64,000 nt of DNA. Origin: Felis catus. Its lineage: Eukaryota. A model generated the notes under the pieces. That model saw nothing but the letters and a program-made list of their open reading frames with translations. It did not search any database and was not told the DNA's origin. Shown in pieces: positions 39,320 through 51,977 of the stretch. Position 1 is the first letter of the stretch. Each line of letters begins with the position of its first letter. The DNA lies in contig NC_058368.1 in the NCBI RefSeq assembly GCF_018350175.1, positions 110,114,001 to 110,178,000 on the forward strand, in the 5' to 3' direction. The translations under genes and the position numbers were made by a program.

Positions 39320-39900
39320 GTAATACTAATATTTATTGAGTAATTACCATGTGCAAGACACTTCAACATTTTATATGGAATAACTCATTTATATGCAAAA
39401 TCTCTCCAAGCACCTAAGGACACCAAACCCCCAAGAATGGGGCCAAAGACTGACAGACCGATCTCAGGTGAGTGTTAACTAACATTTCAACCTAAGAGAG
39501 CATCTGCTAGTAATCCAATCATATCTTTTCTCTCACTGGTGCCTCACTATACCAGGTATAAGCTGGGCAAGGTTGGTTTTATCATATTTTTAAATGTTTT
39601 TAATCAAAATTTTTAAAACATTTATTCATTTTTGAGAGACAGAGAGTGAGTGGGGGAAGGGCAGACAGAAAGGGAGACATTGAATCCGAAGCAGGCTCCA
39701 GGCTCCGAGCTGTCGGCACAGAGCCTGATGCGGAGGTCAAACTCATGGACCCTGAGTGGATGCTCAACCGACTGAGCCACCCAGGTGCCTCACATCTTTT
39801 TTATTTTTTAACAGATGAGGAAACTGAGGCTCAGATAGGTTGTGACTTGTGCAGATTCATACTGGTTAGTAAAGGAGACGAAATTTGAACCCAGAGACAA
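39320..39900 (-). mobile_element. MIR, interrupted by later insertions
   Basis: aatatttattgagtaattaccatgtgc at the start; acagatgaggaaactgaggctcaga...atttgaaccca at the end. Confidence 0.75.
39591..39790 (-). mobile_element. Can-SINE with a short internal deletion
   Basis: Body present, but the usual gagatcatgacctgagccgaa segment is largely missing. Confidence 0.92.
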
Positions 39901-40688
39901 CAACTCCCTGGCCACTGGTTTTTCTGTACATTGCACTGCCTCTCTAAATACGTTAGCTCATAGAGACAGGTCCTCCTCACCTTGATATTCCTGCTTCTCC
40001 CACAGTATCAACTCAATACTGCAAGGATCAGACAAAATCCTTGCAGAGGAAACTAACCTTCAAATGGACACACTGCATGCATGATTCATGGGGGTGGTAG
40101 GAGTTCATGTTGCTGTGAAAATGGAGCCAGGTGAGACACACACAGTGAGTGCTCATTAAGTGAGGGCACATGTTATCACTCAGTCATTAACTCATGTGAC
40201 AACTGTTAAGCATCTGCTAGATACATGTGCTGTTTTAGCCACCAGAGATTCAGCAGGGGACAAAACATGCAAAATCTGCCTCTTACAGATCTTATACTCC
40301 TGTGTGAAGCGGAAACCTCTGTGAGATGGGATGCTGGGGGGCTGTCCAGGTCCACTCACTAGCTAAGTGATCTGTTTCCACACAGCACCTTTGCATCACA
40401 CTCATTTCAAATTTATGCCACAGTACATGACAAATGTTACTTTGTGTCCTTTGGGGACCTTTATAGCAGGGTCAAAACCACAAACAATCTGGCAACTTTG
40501 TGATATGCTCTCTTGCATGTAGGGTGAAGTCACGGCTGAATTCTGGTAAGCAGTCCTAGGAGGGGCAGGCAAAGAGGGGAGAATGCTTCTTGGGGCCCAT
40601 CTCACTTAAAGGCACCTTCCCCTACTCTACTCTACCTCTGGCTTCTCAGGGTGCTGCAGGGGGAAAGAGAAATTACTGGAGTTAGGAG

Positions 40689-40692
<4 letters not shown>

Positions 40693-40758
<66 letters not shown>
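40693..40758. repeat. (AC)33 microsatellite
   Basis: Uninterrupted dinucleotide run, counted directly. Confidence 0.98.
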
Positions 40759-40762
<4 letters not shown>

Positions 40763-41139
40763 CTCTCTTTCAGTGAGCTAGAAGCCAGACCTAAAATCTT
40801 GCATGTTTAAAACTGGAGCTCATTGGAATTCACCAAAACCTGGATGAATTCCCCCAGAGACCTGCAAAACCCTAATAGTGCTATTTGTTTCCAAAGCAGG
40901 GGACACTACAAATCCATTCCACCTGCCCATTGACATTAATGTCATTTTCTGGTCTGGGAGGTTAGAGAGGGAAGGGATTACCCGCTCTCTGGCAATGGGG
41001 CATCCACATGAGGGCGGGACACGCCTCCAAACCTGCAGATTTTCCAGAGTGTTTTATTTTCTGAAGATTGTTGGCCAGGCAGGCTGCAATGATTTAACTT
41101 CTCCAGTTTTGATGAAACATGTTTGGTTTCATTTTCTAG

Positions 41140-41880
41140 TTCATGCATTCAGCTAGCATTTATTGCCTACTAAGACAGGGTTCTAAGTGAATGCAGCAGG
41201 CTGTGATGGAGTTTATATTCTAGTGGGGGAAGTTTAGACAATACACAAAGAAAAAAAACACATAAGGAAAAAAAATCAGATGGTAATGAGTGCTATGCAG
41301 AGAATTAAAATACAGTGGTGGGATCAGGAGGTCTCTCGGAGGAGGCGACGTGTAAGCTGAGACCCAACTGGAAGGAATTGGCTAAGTAAAGGGCAGAGGG
41401 GAGCATCCCAGGCAGAGAGAGAGAGAGCTAGGTGCCGAGCCCAGGTGGGGCAGGTGAGGAGAGAGAAGGGACCAGAGAGGCCGCAGCACAGGGGGAGGGG
41501 GGTGTGGTCGTGGATGAGGTCAGACAGGAAGGCTGGGTGGGATCTTGAGGGGCCTGAGGGCCCTGGCAAGGGAAAGAGCTTTGGATTTTATTCAAGGTGG
41601 GATGGAAAAGTCCTGGAGGGTCTTAAGTGGGAGGTAATGTGATCTGATTCACATTGCAAATAGATAACTGTGGCTATTGCACAGAGCTTGGCCTTGTAAC
41701 AGGGCAAATGAGGAGGGAGGGAGGCCAATGAGAGGCTTCTGTGTTTGTCAAGGTCAAAGATGGTGGTGGCTCTGACTAGGGCACAGGAGTGGGGAAGGAG
41801 AAAAGTCAGCAAGACTCAGGGCATGCTGTGGGCATGGGGACGGTAAGACTTGGTTGACGGATGACATGTGGAGGTATGGA
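41140..41880 (-). mobile_element. LINE-2 3' portion
   Basis: ttcatgcattcagctagcatttattg, tggagtttatattctagtgggg, ttggattttattcaaggtgggatggaaa and atgtgatctgattcacatt. Confidence 0.78.
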
Positions 41881-42839
41881 GGATGGTTATAAAATAAGTG
41901 GAACATTTTTCAGAGAGAATAACATTTTCGTAGATTCTACCCTAGTCTCTTCCAGTTACATAAGCCAACATGTACATATTTATAAAATCGGAATCTAGAT
42001 GTAGTTTTACATCATGCTTTTAAACTTAACATTCTTTTTGTGAATATTTCTATGAGTTATAATTTTTAATGACTACATAATATCTCATCGTATAGGGCCT
42101 ATCATAATTTCTTTAACCAATCACTGGTTGACATTTGGGCTGCTTCCAATATTTCTGCTACTGTAAACAAAGCTATAGTAAATGTCCCTGCACATAAATC
42201 TTGAGGCAATCTATGCTTTTTTTTCTTTGCGATAAATTGCCTAAAGTGGAATTACTGAATCAAAGGCATTTTTAAAAGAGACTTGATAAATAGGTACTGT
42301 TAAATTACTGGCAGGAGAGGTGGTACCATTTTATATTCCCATTGACTGCATTTGATAGTTCCCATTTCACTTTATTTTGCTCAAACTGAATTTTATCATT
42401 AAAAATGGCCAATTCAAGAGCTAAAAAAATGTATCATGCTACCATTTTCACTTGCCTTATTTTGATTATTAGTGAAATAAGCATCTAATATTTAGTGATC
42501 AGGAATATTTCATGGAGGAAAGTGCGAGTTTTTGCATGTTTGCACTCTCCTTTCATGCTCTTCACCAACTTCTCTATTTGGATGGCAATTTTCTGTTATT
42601 GATTACTAAGAGCTCTTTACATAGTGAAGTCATTCCTAACTCCAACTACTTTCCCCCCTCCCTGTTTTTCATTTGCTTTATGATATTCAGAAGACTAAAG
42701 ATTTTCTGTCATCAACTACATCAACCATTTCCTTAATTGTGTCTTCCTTTTCTCTTTGGCTTAGGAGAGCCTCACTCACCTGCATACAAGTATATAAATA
42801 TCTGTGTATATTTATTTAAGGTCTTTTATAATCTTTAGT

Positions 42840-43051
42840 TAAAAATTTTTTTTCTATATTTATTCATTTTTGAGAGACAGAAACAGAGTTTGAGTAGGGA
42901 AGGGGCAGAGAAAGAGGGAGACACAGAATACAAAGCAGGCTTCAGGCTCTAAGATGTCAGCACAAAACCCGATGTGGGGTTCAAACCCACAAACCAGGAG
43001 ATCATGACCTGAGCTGAAGTCGGAAGCTTAACTGAACCACCCAGGCGCCCC
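42840..43051 (-). mobile_element. Can-SINE
   Basis: gagggagacacagaatacaaagcaggc...ccacccaggcgcccc. Confidence 0.93.
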
Positions 43052-43380
43052 TACACTCTTTACTTTTGAAGCTACCATTTCCCAAATGATTTCTGCAGAA
43101 TATATAAAACATTAGTCTTGGGATATTCTGTGGTCCAGTAATTCTGGGAACAAGATATACTACAGTTCTCTCATTATCTACTAGACAGTCCCAACAAAGA
43201 CTTTTAAATGTCTGCAGTAAAGAAATCCACTTACCCTGGCTTACCATAGTGTTCCCCAAACTTAACTACAGAACGCTTTCCCTGTTGTAGTTATTAATGT
43301 CCAATAAAAATGTTTTGGAACAAGCACTTTAGAAGAGCTGTTTTATCCAACTGGAGTCATGGTGCAATCCCACTTTTTCT

Positions 43381-43601
43381 TAAATTTTTTTTTTCTTTTT
43401 AACATTTATTTTATTTTTGAGAGACAGACAGACAGGGTAAGCAGGGAAGGGGCAGAGAGAGAGGGAGACACAGAATCTGTAGCAGGCTCCAGGCTCTGAG
43501 CTGTCAGCACAGAGCCCAATGCTGGGCTCAAACCCAAGAGCCGCGAGATCGTGATGCAAGCCAAAGTCAGACGCTCAACCGACTGAGCCACCCAGGCACC
43601 C
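43381..43601 (-). mobile_element. Can-SINE
   Basis: Perfect TSD caatcccactttttct at 43365-43380 and 43602-43617. Confidence 0.96.
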
Positions 43602-43944
43602 CAATCCCACTTTTTCTAAACAAACACTTAATCAATTGTCTCAGTACCATCTGAAAATAATCTAGCCCTTTCTCACAGATCTGAAATACTGTCTTCCTGT
43701 TAGCATTCTGTGTCCTGAGCTTTGTTTCTGGCCTATTTCCATTGGTGTGTTCAATCCTCAGACAAACCCTGTGCTCCTAGCTTCTCTTCTGTTTCTAACA
43801 GTAATGGCTGATGTTATGTGGTACATAAAGCTCCTTGACCATTGCATCTTCTTTATGGATTTTATCACCATAAAACAACCTCCTTATTTCTCATTTAATG
43901 TTTTTACCTTGAATTGTACTTTGCCTCTAAAATGGCTACCTTTG

Positions 43945-43946
<2 letters not shown>

Positions 43947-43984
<38 letters not shown>
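43947..43984. repeat. (GT)19 microsatellite
   Basis: Counted directly. Confidence 0.97.
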
Positions 43985-43987
<3 letters not shown>

Positions 43988-44059
43988 AACTCATAGATCT
44001 TTGCCCACTCTTTTTTTCCTTTACCATTCCCATGCCATTTGATATGAAGCATCTGTCTT

Positions 44060-44832
44060 TTCATTATCTCATTCACCAGAAATATACAGGGTACTTTGTA
44101 TGTACCAAGTGTTAGGCATTGGGGAAAACAATGGCAATCATAAAACAAATATGGTGCTCGCCCTCCTAGAAATGAGTGTAGTATGAAAGGCAGACATGAA
44201 TTGATAATTTCCTAAGCATACATAAAATGGGAATGGTGGTATATATTTTATGGTATATGGCATTATGAGCTAGTAAGGGCTACAAACATTTATAATGGAA
44301 TGACTTCATTCAGTTTGGGGCAGCGATCAGGAAAGGCTTTCTTGAGGATAAGACATTCTCTAAAGGATGTGTTTGTTAACCAGATGGTGGTGGTAGGCCC
44401 TGGGAGTACCCCAGAGGATGACCTTGTGGCCAGAAGGAACTTGATGCCAGAGGAAGGGGGAGGATGGGGTGGGGGTGGGGGTGGTGCTAGGAGCAGAGAA
44501 CAAATACACTAGGAGTTGAGGTTGGAAAGGTTCAGTGGGATTAGAGCATACAGCAGCACCTTTTAGGTATCCTTCTGAGGATGTTGACCTTGTTTCTACA
44601 AGTATGAAAAGTCAATAAGGGTTTTTAAGCAGAAGGTTTGTGAATGATGTGTCAAAGACCTGTGCACACAAGAGCAAAACTGTACACATCTCTTCTCAAT
44701 TCTGTGTGGAGGGACATCACTGAATTGGTCACCCAAAATCACCCATAGTGGGAGTGTGCACACCATGAATATTGGCAAATGCCAACTTATCATAGCTTTC
44801 CTTCCTGGAGAACCAGTTGTTTATTTATTTTT

Positions 44833-44872
<40 letters not shown>

Positions 44873-45700
44873 GTAAGTGGGGGAGGAATAGAGACAGAGG
44901 GAGACACGGAATCCGAAGCAGGTTCCAGGCTCTGAGCTGTCAGCACAGAGCCCGATGCAGGGCTTTAATTCATAAACTATGAGATCATGACCTGAGCTGA
45001 AGTCAGTTGCTTAATCTACTGAGCCACCCAGGCACCCCCTGGAGAACCGGTTGTTAAACATTTACTTGCATATCACTGATTGACATCATCACCAACTGCA
45101 TTTTGAAAAGAAATCATTCTGGTAGCTGGGTGGAAAAGAGACTCTGGAAGAGCAAGAGGGCATATAGGGAGATTGATTAGGATATGATTACAAGAGTCTG
45201 GTTGAGAAGTAATTGTACCTTGAATGAGGATGGTTGTAGTAGAGATGAAGAGATGTGGATGTGTCTGAGGCAAAAAGATGTGGTGATGGGTTGGACTGAG
45301 CAGCCACAAGAGAAACTGGAGATGAAGAAGGTTCCCAGATCTCTGGCTCATGTAAATGGATGGATGGTGGGATCACTGACTGAGACACAGATGTTGGCTG
45401 AGGAGTGCTCAGTATTTGTTTTGGCAGGAGGGTTGGTGATGGAGAAAGACCATTAGGTTGGGTTTGGATGTTATGAGTTTGAGTTGCCTGTGAGACAGTC
45501 AAGTCCAAGTGCCAAGAAGGAAGTTGAACTTCATGGTCATAGATATCAGAGCAGAGGTCTAAGTAGGAGCTATAAATGAGACTTGCAGCAGCTGGGTGGT
45601 GCTTGAAACTGTGGGTCTGGATGAGGTGATGTGAGAACACAGAGTCAGAAGAGAAGACTGTCTAAGGTGAGATGTCTAAGATTAGCACTTGAGGGAAGAA
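44060..45700 (-). mobile_element. Degraded LINE-2, interrupted by later insertions
   Basis: tactttgtatgtaccaagtgttaggcattgggg, gatcaggaaaggctttcttgagg and gagtttgagttgcctgtgagaca. Confidence 0.65.
44822..45037 (-). mobile_element. Can-SINE containing a (CA)18 microsatellite (44835-44870)
   Basis: TSD ctggagaacc(a/g)gttgtt. The CA run occupies the normally AG-rich segment. Confidence 0.95.
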
Positions 45701-45752
45701 TATTTACTACCCAACATTCAATGCAAATATTAAATAGGTCATTATTGTTTTT

Positions 45753-45945
45753 TTAAACTGTTTGAGTGAGAGAGAGAGCACACGAGCAAGTGTGGCACAG
45801 AGGGGCAGAGAGAGTGGAGAGAATCCCAAGCAAGCTACGTGCTGTCAGCACAGAGCCTGGTGCAGGGCTCGAACTCACAAACCAAAGGGTGAGATCATGA
45901 CCTGAGTGGAAATCAAGAGTTGGATGCTTAACTGACTGAGCCACC
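45753..45945 (-). mobile_element. Can-SINE, slightly 5'-truncated
   Basis: Ends at gagccacc without the caggcgcccc terminus. TSD gtcattattgttttt on both sides. Confidence 0.94.
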
Positions 45946-47643
45946 AGTCATTATTGTTTTTCAGCCCATTTGGGAGTCTTTGCCTTTTCATTGGGAAGTT
46001 GTTCCTTTAACTTTCTTTTTAAAATTTTTTCATTATTTCTATCACTAATGTTTCCTTGCTTTGTCCTTTTCCTTTATTATTTTTTCATCTTCTGCTCTAT
46101 GGGCCAAGTTTTCCACTTTCTCTATTACTAATAAAATTTAATATATTACTCTAATTATACATACTTAATTCTGTAGTTAACTCATTTGAATCTCATGACC
46201 AATTCTTTTATGACACAATTTCTCTAAGCTATTTGTTTTGACTCATTTATCAATGGGGTGGAGTATGACTTAATGTACATTTTCTAAAATAAGAAAAAGG
46301 ATGATGTCGTATACATTTGAAGGCTTAGATATCTGAGAATGTCTTTCTCTTGCCTTCACACATGAGTACCACCTAGGCAGAACACAACATTGGTGGACCA
46401 TAATCTTTAGTTCTCAAAACTCTCTAACTACTGTTCCAATGTCTTCTGGCATTCAATATTTACAGGAAAGAAGTCATGAATTGATTTGATTTTACTTCCA
46501 GGATGCTAGAATTCTGGTGTATGTGTGAATTTCAAAACCGTTTGCAGGGTGTGTCTATGGATTGGACAGTACTGATCAGAAGGAGAATACACTGCCTTAG
46601 TGGAAAGACATGTGCTAGGGGTTGCGGATAGAAATCTGTGAAGTCCTCGAAGTCACAGACACATGTACAGGTCACTAACATGCTGTGGAGAAACAGACAA
46701 GCGAGTGGGAGAAAGAGGATGGCGTGGAGAATCTTTGCATTCATGTGATCACAAACGTGAGCGGGGTGAGGAACAGAGAGGGAGTCTGACAGAGAAAACG
46801 TTTCAGTGGAGGCGGGTCTGCAAATCCATCATCCTGACTATCCCGAGAATGAGGCATTCTGAGAATGTCCTCTCACTTCATGAGAATGACATTACGACGA
46901 GGAAAAACCACAAGCCAATTAAATGCATTAGATGTGGGGGATGAACAGAAGTGGTCTAGTTAGCCCTGCCCTTGGGGAAGTATTTAGGCTGCAGGCAAAG
47001 AAGAGAGTTTTTTGAGAAATAACTTATACTAAATACAAAAGGGTCAGGATGAGCTTGGATGCTCAAAGACGGCTGGGACCCCACATGGCTCTCTCAGCTC
47101 TCCTGCTCACTCTGCAGGAGGTCAGCGGAGGTAACAGATCATGTACCTGTAAGGTCACATTGTCTCTCTTTTTCCACTAACTGGTAGCACAGCCTAGAAG
47201 GAAACTTAAAGGGGGAAATGCTAGCCTGTGATGAGAAGGACAAGGAGACAGACTCTCCTCCCAGGCTTTCCTACTGTCGGTTTGGCCACCCAAGGGTGTG
47301 GTGGGGTTGGGTGGGGACAGACGAGCAGGGACTAGAAGTGCTTTTTTCCCTTTTTCTAGCACTTTGTGAGCCCTTTCAATCTATCCGTTATTGAATAAGG
47401 CATTTTTAAAAAGAAACCTTTGGACACGACCAGGCCCAGATCTGTCATTATTTGGGTACTCTTGGGGCCATGACTTTCTACTTTGAATCAGCACAAATGT
47501 TATTTCAGGCCACAGGTGGGACTGAAGATTGATACCATATGTTACAGTTTTCATCCTGTTGCTGTCAGGGGGGAGGCTGACCGTCCTTTCTACCACCACA
47601 AACAAATAGCTCAGGACAGGAGTAGTTACAAAAGTTAGAGTAA

Positions 47644-47870
47644 GGGCCACCTGGGTGGTTCAGTTTAAGTGTCCGACTTCGGCTCAGATCATGATCTTGC
47701 AGTTCGTGAGTTCAAGTCCTGGGTTCGAAACCTGTGTCGGGCTCTGTGCTGACAGCTCAGAGCCTGCGGCCTGCTTTGGATTCTGTGTCTCCCTCTCTCT
47801 CTGCCCCTCCCCTGCTCATGCTCTGTCTTTCTCTCTCAAAAATAAACATTAAAAATTAAAAAAGAAAAGA
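47644..47870 (+). mobile_element. Can-SINE with a short duplication around the B box
   Basis: gagttcaagtcctgggttcgaaacc gives two B-box-like motifs. TSD aaaagtt(ag/ca)agtaag. Confidence 0.93.
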
Positions 47871-49048
47871 AAAGTTCAAGTAAGAACACCTTCTTCCTCC
47901 AGCTTCAAGAATCTCCAAGTGCTGACTCATGGGACACCTGGGGGACATCCCTTTCCTCCTGGGGCAAGAGGTCCCTTGTCTCTGCAGCAAGGACGTGGGA
48001 TGACGGCTGTTCTAAGCTCTGGTGCAGATATCTATGACAGCAGAGATGGTGTCACTGTCCAAGGATAGTCTGTGCCCGATGGTATGGCAGGCTGGGAGGT
48101 GTGCATCTCAGAGCAGCCATACCACGTGGAGGGCTCTGCTAAAGGGGGACGGGGACAAGGGTGTTCATGTGTGTGGCCCACCCTGACCCAGCCCTAAGCC
48201 CGGCACCATACACGGTAGAGATCCTTACACTGGGAATTCAGTCCCTCAGCTGCAGGGACTGTTGTCACCAGGGTGCAGACACCTGGGAGGAGTTACATGT
48301 TGATCCATCTGTTCTAAGTAGATGTGACTTGTTCAGTCACTCTAAGGGCCAACAGTTCTGGAGAGCAGAGCTCTGCAGATGGGGAATGAGCTGGGTGGCA
48401 AAGGGGGGAAAGGAAGGGCAATCTTGTAGTGCAGGCCCTGGCCAAGGAAGAATGGCACGTCCAGCTGGATACAGGAGGCTGCTCTGGACAGGTGGGGGCC
48501 TGCCTATTGGCTGAATAACTCCTGGGTTCTGGCAAGGGAGAAGGGCTACAGGAGTGAGGTGGAGGGTGCAGAAGCAGGGTCTGTCCATTTCAGTGATAGT
48601 GGGCACTCACAGATGCCTGCAAGAAGTCTCGCCAGCCCATTCAAGGGAGATGTTTGGACTTCAAGGCACCTACTTATGGAAAGGATCATAGTCTGCCTGA
48701 GGCTGCTCCACAGGCCTAGGTGAAACCCTAATCAACCAACCCACGGTGGGGCTGCACTCAGCACTTCCACCTGCCTGGTTGACAAAGCTTCTCAGGACAA
48801 CATCAGGCTTGCTCAACACAGCAACTTCATCTGGGAACCTGTTGGCGTTGGCATCAGCTTGCTGTCTGCAGAGCAGTGGTGCCCAGGGTGGCCACTCCAA
48901 GGGGTGTAATGGTTCTCCAAGTGGTGGGGTCACCTCATTAGAGGCATAGCATCAGGGTGGTGGCCTGGGTCAGACCACTAGCAGACACAACCTCTGTGAG
49001 GGCAGAGAGAACAGAGAAGGGAGGAAAGGACAGTGTGAATGGCAGAGA

Positions 49049-49379
49049 GCCCAGCAGCATGGAAGGGGGCTTCCTGCACGGTCTTAGAACCACATCTGGC
49101 CCTCACTCCTCAGTTCCCCACACGTCTGCTGGCTCCAGCCTGGCACCACAGATGGGAGGCATGTTTCCTAGTGGCTCTGCATATATACAGGTGAACACTC
49201 CCTTTTGGCCCTCCTGTCTCTGAGACAAGGTCAGCCCTCTTCCCGGAGATGGTGAGAAAAAGGAAGAAAACAGTCTCAGTGTCAAGCCCCGTGTAGCACA
49301 GAGTCCAGCTTTGGGTAACCAGTGTCTGTCCTGGTGTGGTTTCTAGAAGTCCCTGAATCAAGGACATGAGTGCAAGTAG
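49049..49379 (+). repeat. Local duplication, copy 1 (probable donor)
   Basis: Aligns by eye to 51642-51977 with 10 substitutions and one 5-nt indel. Confidence 0.97.
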
Positions 49380-49786
49380 TTTAATGGGAGGTGATCCCAG
49401 GAAGCACGGGTAGAGGATGGGGAGACAAAACAAGCAAGAGACGAAGGCTGACAGAGAGGAGATGAATGAACAGGTTATCGCCATGGCCAACTGGGGCTCA
49501 AACATGCCGGGCAGGCACCTTGCAGGGATGGACGTAGAGCATGCCTCTGGGTTCCACCCCAGGGGTGCAGAGCTGCTACTTATCTATCACCTCAGGTTCA
49601 CTGTTGGCTAAGGGCTGCTCCTGGGGACATTAACTCCCCAGCACCTCCTGGTCTGCCCTGTGATCAGACCAAGCATGCCCAGCATCCAGGGAAAGGCAAA
49701 GGGAGAGGCAGCACTAGATGCCTTTGGTGTGTAGGAACGGGTGAGAGCCAGGTGTCAAGGGCAGGGCACTGTTGGCGTCTGCTCTA
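49327..49786 (-). mobile_element. ERVL solo LTR (LTR16-like)
   Basis: tgagtgcaagtagtttaatgggaggtgatcccaggaagcac, ggctaagggctgctcctgggg and ttaactcccca match the recalled reverse LTR16 consensus. Confidence 0.75.
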
Positions 49787-51641
49787 GTGGCCCAAAACTG
49801 TTTAGTAAAGATATGCAATTTCAGAGAGGGAGGGTCACAGGTCAATAATCCATCCCCACAGAGGGCAAGGCAAGGGGCAGACTGTTGAGCAGGAGACCTG
49901 GGGCAAGCATCTGTGACAGACAGGGCTATTGGACCCTGGACAAGGTCGAGGACCGGGGAACCCAAATCTGCCGACTTTGAGCTCGTGACGCTGTCTCATA
50001 TCCAGCCATACATAGCTCACAGGCTGGTTGATACCGTTCCACCCACCAACAGCACGGTCAGTTAAGGTCTCTGTCTCCCAGGCGAGCACAGCTTCTCTCT
50101 TGCATGGATTTCAGGCCAGATCGGCAGGTCCTTGGACACAGGAATGCTCAAGGATAAAACATCATGTCTCTGAGTGGGTGTGGGCAGCCTGTCGGTCAAC
50201 GAGTGAGCTGCTGGCATTATACCCCTGACGGTGAGCTGGGCTCATGGGGACAGGGACTTGCTTCCCATCTGTCATGCAGAGCCTAGAAGAGTCCCATTCC
50301 CTAAGTTTAAAATTCCAACAAGTGCTCTAGCCATGCCCATTAGAGGCAGGGCCATGAAGGATCCTCCATGAAGAAAAAGAAGGCACCTCCATGCAACAGC
50401 CTCATTTGAAGATCTGAGGTGTGAATAACTTCCCAACAGCCAAGTGGCCAAGGACAGCTATATGTCCATGCCAGGGGGTAATGGGATCATAGCTATCTCT
50501 CTCCCTCTGGTTACAAGAAGAAGCAACAAGACCACAAAATGATAGCCCACATATCCATTTCAACTCCCTATCGTTTCTCTCTGTTGCTACTTACACAGTT
50601 GTGATATCTTGCCAGTAAGTCATTAGAATGAAAGATGCTAAAATAAGTCCATGCTAGCACAAAGTCAGGTCCATGTTTATTGATCATCCTCTTCTGCAGC
50701 TTTTCTTGAGAGATGTGATGTTGATGTTTTTTTTTTCACCTACTTCTATTTATCAAGATTAAAGGGAAAAATCATCATCTGTTTTTGACCAGAGTCAATA
50801 AAAGCATGTTCAGCAAAACCAATGCAATATAGCCTGGGTGTCGCTCTTTGATTTATTTTTTTTAAAAACTCCCATGTGCTGGTACATCATCTTGAACTCT
50901 GGTAGAAGGGAGAAGAAAAAACAAACACGCATCTGTGCTGTGACCTTCATAATCACAGGGCCCCAAAACTCATGTCCTCCCACTCCTGAGTCAGAGAGGA
51001 TCAATCAAGCTTTCAGAGTCACCAAGACAAAAAACCACTCACTGAGTCCTATTACACCACGGACCTAACACCACCAACATCTCCAGAGTGCACACACTAC
51101 CTCACTCTTTTGCTGTACACAGTTGCATCCTTTTCTTAAGCCAACATCAGTTATCTTGTATGTTATTCAATGTGAACAAAGTGCATGAAGTCCTATCTGA
51201 TAGTTTTTAGAGAGTATTGCTGAAGATGCAACTTATCAGAAAATTGTTACCTCTAAACACACCTGTGGAAATATTCTTGTTCCATATGGACCACACTTTA
51301 TTTCCACCCATCCCCAAACTCCTCTGCAGAAAGTCTTCAGCACGATGGCTTGTGTTCTTAAGGGAAGTGTGACTTTCTAATTAGAAATCAAACATGGGTG
51401 GTAGTGTCTAAATGTGGAATTTAAATTCACATAAGGTCCAAAAATATACAACTGTTCCTATCTGAGATTCTTCCAGGTGCAAGAAAGTGATAAGGGGAGT
51501 TTGATTCTTCTAATGGGCCTTAAAGAAGAAATGACAACATTTAAGGATTTCCATCTGGGAAAGGAAAGGAAAAGCCCAAATGTTCTAAACATCTACCTTT
51601 GAGCAGAATTCTCTCACTGTCTGATGTTGGGGCAAGGGAGG

Positions 51642-51977
51642 GCCCAGCAGCATGAAAGGGGGCTTTCTGTACGGTCTCAGAACCACATCTGGCCCTCACT
51701 CCTCAGTTCCCCACACGTCTGCTGGCTCCAGCCTGGCACCACAGATGGGAGGCATGTTTCCTAGTGGCTCTGCATATATACAGGTGAACACTCCCTTTTG
51801 GCCCGGGCCTCCTGTCTCTGAGACAAGGTCAGCCCTCTTCCTGGAGATGGTGAGAAAAAGGAAGAAAACAGTCTCAGTGTCAAGCCCTGTGCAGCACAGA
51901 GTCCAGCTGTGGGTAACCGGTGTCTGTCCTGGTGTGGTTTCTAGAAGTCTCTGAATCAAGGACATGAGTGCAAGTAG
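51642..51977 (+). repeat. Local duplication, copy 2 (probable inserted copy)
   Basis: About 97% identical to 49049-49379. Bounded by agggagg at 51635-51641 and 51976-51982. Confidence 0.97.

Larger units (their letters stand above)
41950..43900 (-). mobile_element. Old antisense L1 (L1ME-like) fragments, interrupted by SINEs
   Basis: ttgacatttgggctgcttccaa, cctaaagtggaattactgaatcaaagg and caattgtctcagtaccat. Confidence 0.65.

Noticed and set aside
48674..48865. Possible 192-nt cryptic minus-strand exon (ctctgcag|...|gtaggt)
   Set aside because: The pyrimidine tract is weak, there is no homology I recognise, and the FSTL4 phase-1 frame hits a stop early. RNA-seq evidence would be needed.
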